Origin: a cyanobacterium endosymbiont of Rhopalodia gibba
GTDB taxonomy: Bacteria; Cyanobacteriota; Cyanobacteriia; Cyanobacteriales; Microcystaceae
Direction: 5' to 3'
NCBI GenBank assembly: GCA_045159875.1
Contig: CP067995.1
Coordinates: 288,001 to 352,000, forward strand
DNA: 64,000 nucleotides
In this document: piece by piece, positions 20,853-31,239 of the stretch
Position numbering within the stretch: position 1 is the stretch's first letter
Layout: the number at the start of each line of letters is the position of its first letter
The notes under the pieces: generated by a model
What the model saw: only the letters and a program-made list of their open reading frames with translations
Told to the model about the DNA's origin: nothing
The model's database searches: none
Program-made: the position numbers and the translations under genes

Positions 20853-21436
20853 TCAGATAAACAATGAAACCTATGTATTTTGACTCTGGTAGCAGAAAAT
20901 CATGTGTATTGATCTGTAAAAATTTTCCTTTTGAGAGTGTACTACAAAATCTTATACTTTTTCTTCTCTATAAACGACCATTTGAAAGCATCATCTGAAC
21001 TTTTTTTTGCTAATGGAAAACTGCTACTTATATTAAAATTTCCCCACCTGAGTTAGTTAAACAAAAGCTCTTTCCATATTTAGGACTGTAGTTTCTGTGT
21101 TTAATGAACTAAAAAATATTAATTGCACATTCTTTTCCGCTTATATTTAGCCCAGAAACTTGCTTACTTATTGTAATTGCTTTTTAACTCCCGCAAAGTC
21201 GCTCTAAAGCTTTCTAAACAAACTATTGACCAAACCTATTCTGCGTTAAGTACTATTCACCCTTAGAGTTTTCAGGTTGTGATCGCTAGTTATTTTAGTA
21301 ACTGTAGACTACCTACTTAAAAAGCTGAATCGACTTTATTTATGTCTATAAATTTGAACATGGTCACAACGACTAAAAAAGGAAACAAACTTTCACTGTG
21401 ATTTAAGTGTAAAATTGCTTAACAATTATTTTGTGT

Positions 21437-21527
21437 CGTCATAGACAGTACTCAAATGTATGACGCTCCGAGTGGTTTAGTTCCAGCCTTCTGCGCTGGC
21501 TATAAGGGAAACGCCGATTTTCCCTTA
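21437..21527 (+). promoter_or_regulatory. candidate structured 5' leader of fusA
   Basis: Three consecutive stems: CGTCATA/TATGACG, CCAGC/GCTGG, TAAGGGAAA/TTTCCCTTA. GC is higher than in the flanking DNA. Confidence 0.35.
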
Positions 21528-21564
21528 AATACCATTTGTAAGACCTAAACCCTGTAGACCTAGT

Positions 21565-23652
21565 ATGCACAAAGACCTAACTCGTTACCGTAACATTGGC
21601 ATCTTCGCTCACGTCGATGCGGGAAAAACTACCACCACCGAAAGAATTCTTAAACTAACCGGAAAAATTCACAAAATCGGTGAAGTTCATGAAGGCGCGG
21701 CCACTACAGACTTCATGGAACAAGAGCAGGAGCGTGGAATCACGATTCAATCTGCCGCTACCAGTTGTTTTTGGAAAGAGCACCAACTCAATATTATTGA
21801 TACTCCAGGTCACGTTGACTTTACTATCGAAGTTTATCGCTCTCTGAAGGTACTTGATGGAGGGATTGGAGTATTCTGTGGTTCAGGTGGAGTAGAACCA
21901 CAGTCAGAAACCAATTGGCGTTATGCTAATGATTCCAAAGTCGCTCGAATTATTTACGTTAATAAACTTGATCGTACAGGGGCCGATTTTTTTTCAGTTA
22001 TCAAGCAAGTTGAAGATATTCTGGCAGCTAAACCCTTAATTATGGTTTTACCCATTGGGATAGAAAGCGAATTCTGTGGAGTTGTTGATTTACTAACTGA
22101 AAAGGCTTGGATTTGGGACGATTCGGGAGATCCTACAAATTATAAAATTCAAGAAGTTCCCGCCGATATGGCTGATCAAGTTACCTTGTACCGTGAACAG
22201 TTGATCGAAATGGCTGTTGAACAGGATGACGAGATCATGGAAAAATATCTCGAAGGGGAAGAACTAACTATTGATGAAATTAAAGCCTGTATCCGTAAAG
22301 GAACCCGTGACCTTGCCTTTTTCCCCAGCTACTGCGGTTCCTCCTTCAAAAACAAAGGGGTACAGTTAGTTCTTGATGCTGTAGTTGACTATCTCCCCAA
22401 CCCAACCGAACTTAAACCTCAACCTGAGGTTGATATCGAAGGTAACGAAACAGGGAAGTTCGCTATTGTCGATCCAGAAAAACCCCTACGGGCCTTAGCC
22501 TTCAAGATAATGGATGATCGTTTTGGCGCACTCACCTTCACTCGTTTATATTCTGGAACCCTTTCCAAAGGAGATACCGTACTCAACACCGCCACGGGAA
22601 AAAGCGAAAGGGTTAGCCGTTTGGTAGAAATGCATGCTAATTCTCGTGAAGAAATTGAAACTGCACAGGCTGGAGATATTGTGGCAATTGTAGGAATGAA
22701 AAACGTCCAAACAGGTCATACACTCTGTGATCCTCGGTTTCCAGCTACTTTAGAACCTATGGTCTTCCCTGACCCTGTAATTTCCGTTTCTGTCTCTCCT
22801 AAAAAGAAAGGAGACAACGAAAAAATGGGTATGGCACTCAGCAAAATGGTTCAAGAGGACCCATCATTCTATGTGGAAACAGATAAAGAAAGCGGCGAAG
22901 TTATCATGAAAGGGATGGGAGAACTTCACCTCGACATCAAGGTGGACATCCTTAAACGAACCCATGGAGTTGAAGTCGAAGTGGGTAAACCACAAGTCGC
23001 TTACCGCGAGTCTATTACCAAAACCATCAATGATACCTATATCCACAAAAAACAATCTGGGGGGTCGGGTCAATTCGCAAAAATTGACTATATTATTGGA
23101 CCAGGGGAATCTGGTAGCGGTTTTTCTTTCGAGTCTAAGGTAACTGGAGGTAACGTTCCTAGAGAATTTTGGCCGGCAGTTCAAAAAGGATTTGAAAATA
23201 GTATTAATAAAGGGATTCTAGCTGGTTTTCCCTGTGTGGATCTTAAGGTAACGTTAACCGACGGGGGATTCCACCCTGTTGACTCCTCTTCGATCGCTTT
23301 TGAAATCGCTGCACGGGCCGGTTATCGTCAATCAATTCCTAAAGCAGGTCCCCAACTCCTCGAACCCATTATGAATGTGGATGTATTTACTCCTGAAGAT
23401 TATATGGGAGATGTGATCGGTGATCTTAACCGTCGTCGAGGGATGATTAAGTCTCAAAATTCAACTTCTATGGGAGCTAGAATCAAGTCCGATGTCCCCT
23501 TAAGTGAGATGTTTGGCTATATTGGAGACTTACGTACAATGACCTCGGGCCGGGGTCAATTCTCTATGGAGTTTTCTCACTATGCACCTTGTCCTAACAA
23601 TGTGGCCGAAGCAGTGATTGCTGAAGTTAAAGAACGTCAGGCTACTTCTTAA
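21565..23652 (+). CDS. fusA: elongation factor G, stand-alone paralog outside the str operon
   Basis: [43 protein letters not shown], domain IV/V motifs; no rpsL, rpsG or tuf neighbours. Confidence 0.97.
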   Translation: MHKDLTRYRNIGIFAHVDAGKTTTTERILKLTGKIHKIGEVHEGAATTDFMEQEQERGITIQSAATSCFWKEHQLNIIDTPGHVDFTIEVYRSLKVLDGGIGVFCGSGGVEPQSETNWRYANDSKVARIIYVNKLDRTGADFFSVIKQVEDILAAKPLIMVLPIGIESEFCGVVDLLTEKAWIWDDSGDPTNYKIQEVPADMADQVTLYREQLIEMAVEQDDEIMEKYLEGEELTIDEIKACIRKGTRDLAFFPSYCGSSFKNKGVQLVLDAVVDYLPNPTELKPQPEVDIEGNETGKFAIVDPEKPLRALAFKIMDDRFGALTFTRLYSGTLSKGDTVLNTATGKSERVSRLVEMHANSREEIETAQAGDIVAIVGMKNVQTGHTLCDPRFPATLEPMVFPDPVISVSVSPKKKGDNEKMGMALSKMVQEDPSFYVETDKESGEVIMKGMGELHLDIKVDILKRTHGVEVEVGKPQVAYRESITKTINDTYIHKKQSGGSGQFAKIDYIIGPGESGSGFSFESKVTGGNVPREFWPAVQKGFENSINKGILAGFPCVDLKVTLTDGGFHPVDSSSIAFEIAARAGYRQSIPKAGPQLLEPIMNVDVFTPEDYMGDVIGDLNRRRGMIKSQNSTSMGARIKSDVPLSEMFGYIGDLRTMTSGRGQFSMEFSHYAPCPNNVAEAVIAEVKERQATS

Positions 23653-23661
23653 ATTTTCCAT

Positions 23662-23711
23662 TGTTAAGTTATTCCTGATCGCTATTATTTTCGATTAGGA
23701 ATAATTTAACA
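23662..23711 (+). terminator. long hairpin after fusA
   Basis: TGTTAAGTTATTCCTGATCG...CGATTAGGAATAATTTAACA with G-U pairs. Confidence 0.6.
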
Positions 23712-23806
23712 TAGAAGCAGATATCCTCAAAAAGATTGCTAAGGTACAAGCTGATTAGTGCTAGATAGAATTAATTCATAAAGTTAACCAGCAAACAAGC
23801 AAAATT

Positions 23807-24184
23807 ATGCCTTATATATTGATAGTAAAATTGAACAGTTAACGACAGGAACAATCCTACAACGCCAGAGAATTTACATTATTTGTTTAGAACAAGGACG
23901 AGGAATTAAGAGAAGTCTAGCTACTTTTCAAATTACTCACCTTCCCTCTTTTCAAGAGGGTTTCGACGGTAGGGCATAATTTCTCACTGTGAGTGACCCA
24001 CAATTTCAGCTTTGGGTTAATCAATCAGTCGTTACAACACCATGTCATTACAGAATGCTCAAAACAATTAACTGGTACTCAACAACCTTGTTATTGGGCT
24101 CATGAAATTAGTCCTAATATTGCTAAGTATTTAGCCTGAGACTTAGAAGCCTATACCTAAACACGGGTAATTAAAAGTGCTTGA
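23807..24184 (+). pseudogene. degraded hypothetical protein
   Basis: Long stop-poor frames YIDSKIEQLTTG...LWVNQS and VITECSKQLTG...YWAHEISPNIAKYLA*DLEAY, with coding-like GC. Confidence 0.5.
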
Positions 24185-24209
24185 GATGCTTGTTAACAAA
24201 AAATAAGAC

Positions 24210-24420
24210 TAATTTTAACGAAAGTAGTTTTATTTTGACCACTCCTATTTTCTAATCTTTAATTCTGTTTGAAAACTCAGCTATCGCTTTTTCTTCCCCT
24301 TGAAGTATAGTCTGAACCAGATTAGTTACTAATCTGCCATAACTTTATTTGCGTCACTTGAGCACAGAAGTTTAATCCATGGACCAGAAAAGTTACATTT
24401 CAACGATCCTTCCTTAGCGT
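24210..24420 (-). pseudogene. possible acylphosphatase remnant
   Basis: Fragments VHGLNFCAQV and LVTNLVQTILQGEEKAIAEF resemble the AcyP pattern VQGVGFR...GWVxNL..VE..xEGEE..I..F. Confidence 0.3.
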
Positions 24421-25260
24421 GGATAGCTTACAATCATAAAAAAGGAATTTTTCCTAAAAAGTTGGACATCATACTACATACTCTGCTCGAGTTGAGTCGA
24501 ACTTATTGAGGAACATATAACGCTACAATGGTCAAAAAAATATTAAAAATGGCTTTTCTATGATTAGATTGATCAATAATAAACTATCAAGTTCATCGAT
24601 GGCGTTATAGTCATCCAAAAAATATTTATAGAGAACCTTACATACTATAAAAGGATTAAATCTACCCGGTTTGTTGATAATGACAAGAGATCGATTTTCA
24701 GTAAATAAAACCAAAGATATATGTCTAAATTTTGAAAAAGTAACCTTTTTAACCTAAGCAGCAACTAATTACTTTCTAACTTTATGAGCTGATAACTTTC
24801 ATCAAAGTTATCAGATTATCTATTTTTTACTAGAAAATTGCACTTATTTGAATTTTTACAGTTATTAAAAAATTTTTAAACATAAAGCAGAAGATAATAA
24901 TTTAGGTGAATGAAGTCAACCTATTTGACTTGATAAAAATCATTATTTTTCAAAATATCAATAAAAAATCTTGATTATTTTCAGAAAAATCTGAGAAACT
25001 ATTACGATAAATTACGTTAGCTTAGAGAAAAAATGACAAGATACCTCCTAAAGTAGACTAGATTCTGAAATAACAGAAAAATTGTCTATAAAAATTTTGG
25101 CTTAAGGTTATTTTTATTTATAGAGAGTCCTCTATTAGGTTAGAACTAAAAGTGATACAAATAACCAACAACTAAATTCCGAGTGAGGTTAAACATAACG
25201 GTAAGAAAAATGTGTCGATAGTATAGGTAAATGCCGTTTATTTTTAAAGTGTAAGTTTAA

Positions 25261-26862
25261 ATGATCACAGACGAGACAAAGCCACAAACATTTTCCTTGA
25301 CGACTCCTTTGTATTATGTTAATGACGTGCCTCACATGGGGAGCGCCTATACAACTATGGTGGCTGATGCTATAGCACGCTTTAAACGACTTAAAGGCTC
25401 CTCAGTTCTGTTTATCACGGGAACTGACGAACATGGGCAGAAAATCCAGCGCACTGCAGTAGAAAGAGGTCTTGATCCGCAACAACATTGCGATCAGGTT
25501 GTGGTAAGTTTTAAAGATCTGTGGCAAAAGTTGAATATTCAATATGATCGCTTTAGCCGAACTACTAGTCAACGTCATGAAGCGATTGTCAAGGAATTTT
25601 TTCAACGAGTCTACGACAATAACGACATTTACCTAGCTCAACAACAAGGATGGTATTGTGTTGCTTGCGAGGAATTCAAAGAAAAACGGGAATTACGAGA
25701 AGACGGGTCTTGTCCTCTTCATCCCAATAAAAAAGCTGAATGGCGTGACGAAGAAAACTATTTCTTTCGTCTGTCCAAATATCAAGAAGCTCTCGAAACT
25801 TTGTATGAAGAACATCATGATTTTATTGAGCCGGAAACTCGCCGAAATGAAATCTTGAAGTTTGTTAATCAAGGGTTGCAAGATTTCTCAATTTCCCGTG
25901 TTAATGTTGGTTGGGGTTTTTCTGTTCCAGTCGATGTTAATCATACCATTTATGTTTGGTTTGATGCCCTTATAGGATATATGACTGCTTTACTTGCTCC
26001 TGATCAGGAACCGACCATAGAAAATGCCTTATCTAAATGGTGGCCTATTAATCTTCACTTAATTGGGAAAGATATTTTACGCTTCCATGCAGTATATTGG
26101 CCAGCCATGTTGATGTCAGCTAAATTACCTTTGCCTAAAAAAATTTTTAGTCATGGATTTCTGACTAAAAATGGTCAAAAAATGAGTAAAAGTTTAGCTA
26201 ATACACTTAATCCTTTTGATTTAGTAAACCGTTATGGCTCCGATGCTGTACGTTACTATTTTCTCAAAGAAATTGAATGTGGACGAGATGGAGACTTCAA
26301 TGAAACCCGTTTTGTTAATGTTCTCAATGCTGATTTAGCTAATGATTTAGGAAATTTACTCAACCGAACTCTTGGGATGACCAGAAAATACTGTGAAGGG
26401 ATAGTTCCTCGAGTAGCTAATTTGCCTTTAGACTGTCCCTTAAAAACTACTGGTCAAGATTTGGGGCTGAGAGTAACTCAAGCCTATGAAACCATCAAGT
26501 TCAATCAGGTTTGTGAAGAAATTTTTAGTCTAATTCGAGCAAGTAATAAATTCATTGATGAACAAGCTCCCTGGAGTTTATTCAAACAAGGAAAACAAGC
26601 GGAAGTCGAAACCATTCTGGCTGCTGTGTTAGAATCAGTCCGCCTGAGTGCTTACTTATTGTCCCCAATAATTCCTAATTTAAGTAATAAAATCTACCAA
26701 CAATTGGGATTATCTGTTGATTTTAATGACGGCGATCACGTCCATCAAAATGCTCCCTTCACTCAACATAGTCAGTGGGGAAAAATTGAAGTTAGTCAAA
26801 CCTTAACTAAACCCCAACCTATTTTTGTTAGGCTTAACCTTCCCGAGGAAGAATCTACCTAA
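25261..26862 (+). CDS. metG: methionine--tRNA ligase
   Basis: TTPLYYVND.PHMGSAYT, GTDEHGQK, Zn knuckle CVAC, YVWFDAL, KMSKS. Confidence 0.98.
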   Translation: MITDETKPQTFSLTTPLYYVNDVPHMGSAYTTMVADAIARFKRLKGSSVLFITGTDEHGQKIQRTAVERGLDPQQHCDQVVVSFKDLWQKLNIQYDRFSRTTSQRHEAIVKEFFQRVYDNNDIYLAQQQGWYCVACEEFKEKRELREDGSCPLHPNKKAEWRDEENYFFRLSKYQEALETLYEEHHDFIEPETRRNEILKFVNQGLQDFSISRVNVGWGFSVPVDVNHTIYVWFDALIGYMTALLAPDQEPTIENALSKWWPINLHLIGKDILRFHAVYWPAMLMSAKLPLPKKIFSHGFLTKNGQKMSKSLANTLNPFDLVNRYGSDAVRYYFLKEIECGRDGDFNETRFVNVLNADLANDLGNLLNRTLGMTRKYCEGIVPRVANLPLDCPLKTTGQDLGLRVTQAYETIKFNQVCEEIFSLIRASNKFIDEQAPWSLFKQGKQAEVETILAAVLESVRLSAYLLSPIIPNLSNKIYQQLGLSVDFNDGDHVHQNAPFTQHSQWGKIEVSQTLTKPQPIFVRLNLPEEEST

Positions 26863-27003
26863 ATCTGGCTAAACCGGGTGCTAGGAAAACAAAGTTGCCA
26901 TTACACCTTTTACCAATTTACAAATCTCATGAAATATAAGCCAGAAATAACAAACCCATTTCATAAACCATACCTTCTCCATAATCAACCAGGAATAAGA
27001 CAA

Positions 27004-27609
27004 ATGTTTGAAGAATTTGAAGACGATTCTATATTTACGTCAGAACAGGTATTAGAAAATAGAGGACGTGTTGCTATTTTTATTGATGGCTCTAATTTAT
27101 TTTATGCTGCTCTTCAATTAGGAATTGAAATTGACTATACAAAGTTACTGTGTCGTCTGACAGGAGGATCTCGGTTATTAAGAGCTTTCTTTTATACTGG
27201 AGTTGATCGCACCAACGAAAAACAACAGGGGTTTTTATTGTGGATGCGTCGTAATGGTTACCGAGTAATCGCTAAAGACTTGGTTCAATTACCCGATGGC
27301 TCAAAAAAAGCCAACTTAGACGTAGAAATTGCGGTTGATCTCATGGCTTTAGTCGGAGCTTATGATACCTCCGTAATCGTCAGTGGCGATGGAGACTTAG
27401 CCTATGCAGCTGATTCCGTTAGCTATCGAGGAGCGCGCATCGAGGTTGTTAGCTTACGTTCGATGACTAGTGATAGTTTAATCAATGTCGCTGATCGTTA
27501 TATTGATCTCGACCAAATAAAAGAAGACATTCAAAAAACTCCCAAACCGAACATGTCTTATGGTAGTTTTTCGGGGGTAGGGATGTTAGATAGCAATAAA
27601 CCAAGATAA
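27004..27609 (+). CDS. NYN-domain protein, LabA/DUF88 family
   Basis: AIFIDGSNLFY, KKANLDVEIAVD, VSGDGDLAY. ATG 27004 (after AGGA) preferred over the 26878 ORF start. Confidence 0.9.
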   Translation: MFEEFEDDSIFTSEQVLENRGRVAIFIDGSNLFYAALQLGIEIDYTKLLCRLTGGSRLLRAFFYTGVDRTNEKQQGFLLWMRRNGYRVIAKDLVQLPDGSKKANLDVEIAVDLMALVGAYDTSVIVSGDGDLAYAADSVSYRGARIEVVSLRSMTSDSLINVADRYIDLDQIKEDIQKTPKPNMSYGSFSGVGMLDSNKPR

Positions 27610-27643
27610 GGTAGGTAAGTCAGACTCAAATAACTTCAACCAA

Positions 27644-28813
27644 ATGGATAGCTCAAATTTTATTCAGAAGCGGCATCTCCAACCCAATTGGGTTTTAACA
27701 GTCGGAATGCTGTTTCTCCTCTCAGCTATCACTTCCTGTAAAGGAAACAATCAATCTCAAAGTAATTCTGATAACCCACAGCAGGAAGCTGCTAATACAG
27801 AAAGTCAATTAGTTCTCAACAACGCGACCTTAGAGCAATCTAATGCGAAAGGAGAAATGCTTTGGAAAATTCAAGTAGATGAGGCCGCCTACAGTCCTGA
27901 TCGTAAAAAGGCTCAATTAACTGCCGTAAAAGGCAATATTTTCCAAGACGGTAAAATTGTCCTTCGCATTAAAGCTGACCAGGGAGAAATTGATCGAGAT
28001 GGACAAGAAATTTATCTCAAAGAGAACATTGTTGCTGTCGATCCTCGTAACAATGCGGTAATGCAGAGTGATGAAGTGGAGTGGAGACCCCAAGAATCCG
28101 TCCTCATGGTACGAAAAAATCTGCGGGGCTCCAATCCTCAACTTACCGCTTCTGCCAAGGAGGGTAAGTATTATGCTACTAAGCAGAAACTTGAATTTAT
28201 AGGCAATATTATTGCTATTTCAAAAAAGCCTCGGATGCAACTGAAAACAGAACATCTACTCTGGAAGATTCCGGAAGAAAAGGTAATTGGTGATCGTTTA
28301 CTTAACATGGTTCGTTTCCAAGATAAAATCATCACCGATAAGCTAGTTGCTAACCATGCTGAAATTAACCTAAACACCAAACAGGTCATTGTTAAAGATA
28401 ATATTGAATTCAAATCAATTAAACCTCCGGTACAAGTAGCAACCAACGAATTTATTTGGAAATACGAAGCACGCCAAGTCACCTCAAGCAAACCCGTCAA
28501 ATTAATTCACTATCAACAGGGAGTTATCATCACTGGCAATCAAGCCGAGGTCGATATGACTAATAGTATCGCTTATCTTCGAGGTGGCGTTCAAGGTAAT
28601 AGCACCGCTAATGCCGCCAAACTATATTCAAACGATCTTACCTGGAATGTTAACACTCAGATCATCGAAGCCTTGGGAAATGTCATTTACGAACAAACTG
28701 ATCCCGACTTTAATTTAACTGGAGAAAAAGCCGTAGGCACTATACATGATAACAAAATTATTGTCAGCGGTAATGCTCAAGATCGAGTTGTAACGGAAAT
28801 TTTTACCAAATAA
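27644..28813 (+). CDS. lptC: LPS export ABC transporter periplasmic protein LptC (long, duplicated cyanobacterial form)
   Basis: Lipoprotein-type signal (AITSC), LNNATLEQSNAKG..LWKI, repeated beta-jellyroll segments; follows metG and the NYN gene. Confidence 0.82.
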   Translation: MDSSNFIQKRHLQPNWVLTVGMLFLLSAITSCKGNNQSQSNSDNPQQEAANTESQLVLNNATLEQSNAKGEMLWKIQVDEAAYSPDRKKAQLTAVKGNIFQDGKIVLRIKADQGEIDRDGQEIYLKENIVAVDPRNNAVMQSDEVEWRPQESVLMVRKNLRGSNPQLTASAKEGKYYATKQKLEFIGNIIAISKKPRMQLKTEHLLWKIPEEKVIGDRLLNMVRFQDKIITDKLVANHAEINLNTKQVIVKDNIEFKSIKPPVQVATNEFIWKYEARQVTSSKPVKLIHYQQGVIITGNQAEVDMTNSIAYLRGGVQGNSTANAAKLYSNDLTWNVNTQIIEALGNVIYEQTDPDFNLTGEKAVGTIHDNKIIVSGNAQDRVVTEIFTK

Positions 28814-28851
28814 CTTAAACTAACTGTCTTTTATGAAAATGGTATTACTGT

Positions 28852-29550
28852 ATGAGTGTAATTACCTCTACTACTATGAATCCTTGCATTTTACTAGTAC
28901 AACTTGAAGAATACTTTAGTCAACGCGTGAAAGCTGATTTAATAGAAATTGGTTACACTCCAGTGATTGTATCTGATGCTCATCAAGCCCTACTCGAAGT
29001 CGAAAAGCAACAACCGGCTATGATAGTTATTGATCGTCACCGCTCAAAAAAAGCTGGGTTGACTTTATGTCATCAGTTGAGAAAGGTTCAAAACCAAGCG
29101 TTGATTATTATGGTGCTTGAGCAAGAAAGCGTTGAAGAAAGAGTGGCTTGTTTAGAGGTAGGAGCCGATGACTATATATTGACAGCCTATCATACTGAAA
29201 ACCTGCTTAGGTTAGTCCATTTTTATTTGAATACTACTGAAACAGTTACCGAAAGACTTCAATTTGATAATTTAATCTTGGATTTGAACAGCCGCCAACT
29301 TTTTATAGATGAAACAGCCATTGATTTGACAATGAAGGAATTTGAATTACTTAAATACCTCATGTCTCACCCTAAAGAAATATTAACCCGAGATAAAATT
29401 CTAGAAAATGTTTGGGGATATGATTTTCAAGGCGAATCTAATGTAATCGAAGTTTATATTCGTTATTTACGCTTAAAAATAGAGAGTAAAAATAAAAAAC
29501 GATTAATCCACACTGTTCGCGGTGTTGGCTATGTTCTACGAGAAGGATAG
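28852..29550 (+). CDS. nblR: OmpR-family response regulator, NblR-like
   Basis: Atypical receiver (ERVACLEVGADDY), wHTH LTMKEFELLKYL...GESNVIEVYIRYLRLK...HTVRGVGY; followed by DUF192. Confidence 0.75.
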   Translation: MSVITSTTMNPCILLVQLEEYFSQRVKADLIEIGYTPVIVSDAHQALLEVEKQQPAMIVIDRHRSKKAGLTLCHQLRKVQNQALIIMVLEQESVEERVACLEVGADDYILTAYHTENLLRLVHFYLNTTETVTERLQFDNLILDLNSRQLFIDETAIDLTMKEFELLKYLMSHPKEILTRDKILENVWGYDFQGESNVIEVYIRYLRLKIESKNKKRLIHTVRGVGYVLREG

Positions 29551-29650
29551 TCAAAACAAATAGATACAAGAGGAAAAGTTCTACTTTGTATTTCTTGTGT
29601 CATCTTTAACTGTAATTGTTTCTAAACACTGATGTAAGATGAGACTTGCA

Positions 29651-30182
29651 ATGAAATTATTGATTTCCTTAACCTCAACTATTATTATTGCTATTTCATC
29701 TTTTGAATATTCTTTTCCAGCGCAGACTGAATCCTAGTCTAGTAAGGTTGAGAGGATACTAGAAATAATGGCCCAAACTCAAGGTCAAAGCCTCTCTGTG
29801 GAAGCCAAGGCAATGATCAATGAACAAGTGATTGAATTAGAAGTTGCTAAAACTCCGGAACAACAAAGTATCGGATTAATGTATCGGGAGGATTTAGCAG
29901 ATAATCGAGGAATGCTCTTTGTTTTTAAGCCTGCAAGACCGGTAAGGTTCTAGATGAAGAATGTTAACTTCTCCCTAGACATGATTTTCCTATTTAATGG
30001 AGAGGTCAAACAGGTGGTTACTAATGTTCCCCCTTGTCAACAAGGAGACCCCTGTTCTACCTACGGACCTATTCTTAACACTGATATCGATATGGTGATT
30101 GAATTACGGGGGGGGGCATGCTGCACAATTAGGTATTGAATCAGGCGATCATATTCATATTGAATTTTTCACTTCTTTTTGA
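29651..30182 (+). pseudogene. DUF192 family protein pseudogene
   Basis: Signal-peptide frame from ATG 29651; TAG at 29735; ELEVAKTPEQQSIGLMYR...RGMLF; TAG at 29951 replacing W of FWMKN; extra G in the G9 run (30108-30116) before HAAQLGIESGD. Confidence 0.93.
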
Positions 30183-30189
30183 GATTCCT

Positions 30190-30616
30190 CTAGAAATACT
30201 CTTCCTTAGGAGTCGCACAAGCGCATAGCACTTTCTGGTCTAGCATAGGATGTTTCTGTTTCACTGAGCTCTTTTAAATAGAATGGAAATGTTGCTATTT
30301 TTCTACTTCCGTCGAGATATTTCCACAGTCATCACTACTAACTATCCATAGAAAAAAAAGTTTTCAAGTCTGTTTCGAATTCCTTAGAATTGTTGATTGC
30401 CCGACATAGTCCGTGGGCACGTATACCTACCAGCTAGAGTAATAAGATTTGCCCTTTAATTTCTTGGCGTGTCTTCGAGTGTCTATTAGACTAATTCTAG
30501 TCTAGCTTAGTCGTTAAGTACTGAGCGGCTTTCATCCTGAAACCGCAATATTGCAGTTATTCCCCGTCGGTTCGATACATCCTACTTATTTATTGATAAC
30601 GCGGGACTTCCCGCAC
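30190..30616 (-). mobile_element. group II intron 5' fragment (domain I to start of domain II; IEP ORF and domains V/VI absent)
   Basis: Starts with GTGCG on the minus strand at 30616. EBS1 GGAAGT (30310-30305) pairs with exon IBS1 GCTTCC (30622-30617). EBS2 AAACAGA (30375-30369) pairs with IBS2 TCTGTTT (30630-30624). It is a non-coding island with elevated GC. Confidence 0.82.
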
Positions 30617-31239
30617 GGAAGCTAAACAGAAAAATCTCAATCTTGTTCAAAAAAGTTAAAAATTAGTGTCAAATTTATGCTAACTAATGTCTCTAGTTAA
30701 TCTTGAGCTTTGTTTGAGCTTCTTATTCTAGAAAATTTTCTAATTCTTTCAGTATTAATTGATAGTTCATCCACGACCTTAATAGTTCTTAATATAATGT
30801 TGTTCATTTATATCTGACTACTCATTTCTTCTACATCGAAGAATAAATCTTTAAGTTGACGATTCTTAGATGTAAAGTCTCTTTAAATAAAGGACAAAGT
30901 TAACTGAAAGACTAGTTTACTTTAAGTAAAATTCTGTCCAATCCCGTAATGGAAAGTTCAGTGGATAGATGGTGTGAGAATAATACGAAGAAACTCAGAG
31001 AAGCTTTGAGGATTTTTCTCCATCGAGAGTTGATGAATAAGGAACGAGTAAACGTAGCCACGTGTACATCTCTCAATAGTATTTAGTTATCTTCTATCTT
31101 CATTAGCTTTCTAACATATAGATAGACGATTAGTTGACTTGTTTAATTAAAAATAAAGAGAGCGCGCAAGGAATAAACCAAAAAGTGAATAGGCTCAGAG
31201 AACTAGGATAGAATGCTTTAATAACTTCTGCCTTAAACT

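Noticed and set aside
30540..30620. GGTTCGAT-containing GC-rich stretch as a tRNA, IS605 end or omega-RNA
   Set aside because: No cloverleaf and no nearby tnpB/iscB; the GTGCG start and EBS/IBS pairings explain it as a group II intron.
30640..31110. Coding-like minus-strand fragments (also 300-600, 16200-16700, 20880-21330, 48870-49090, 56450-56700, 57060-57360, 62890-63240)
   Set aside because: Probably old pseudogenes, but I could not assign a family, so they are not listed as features.
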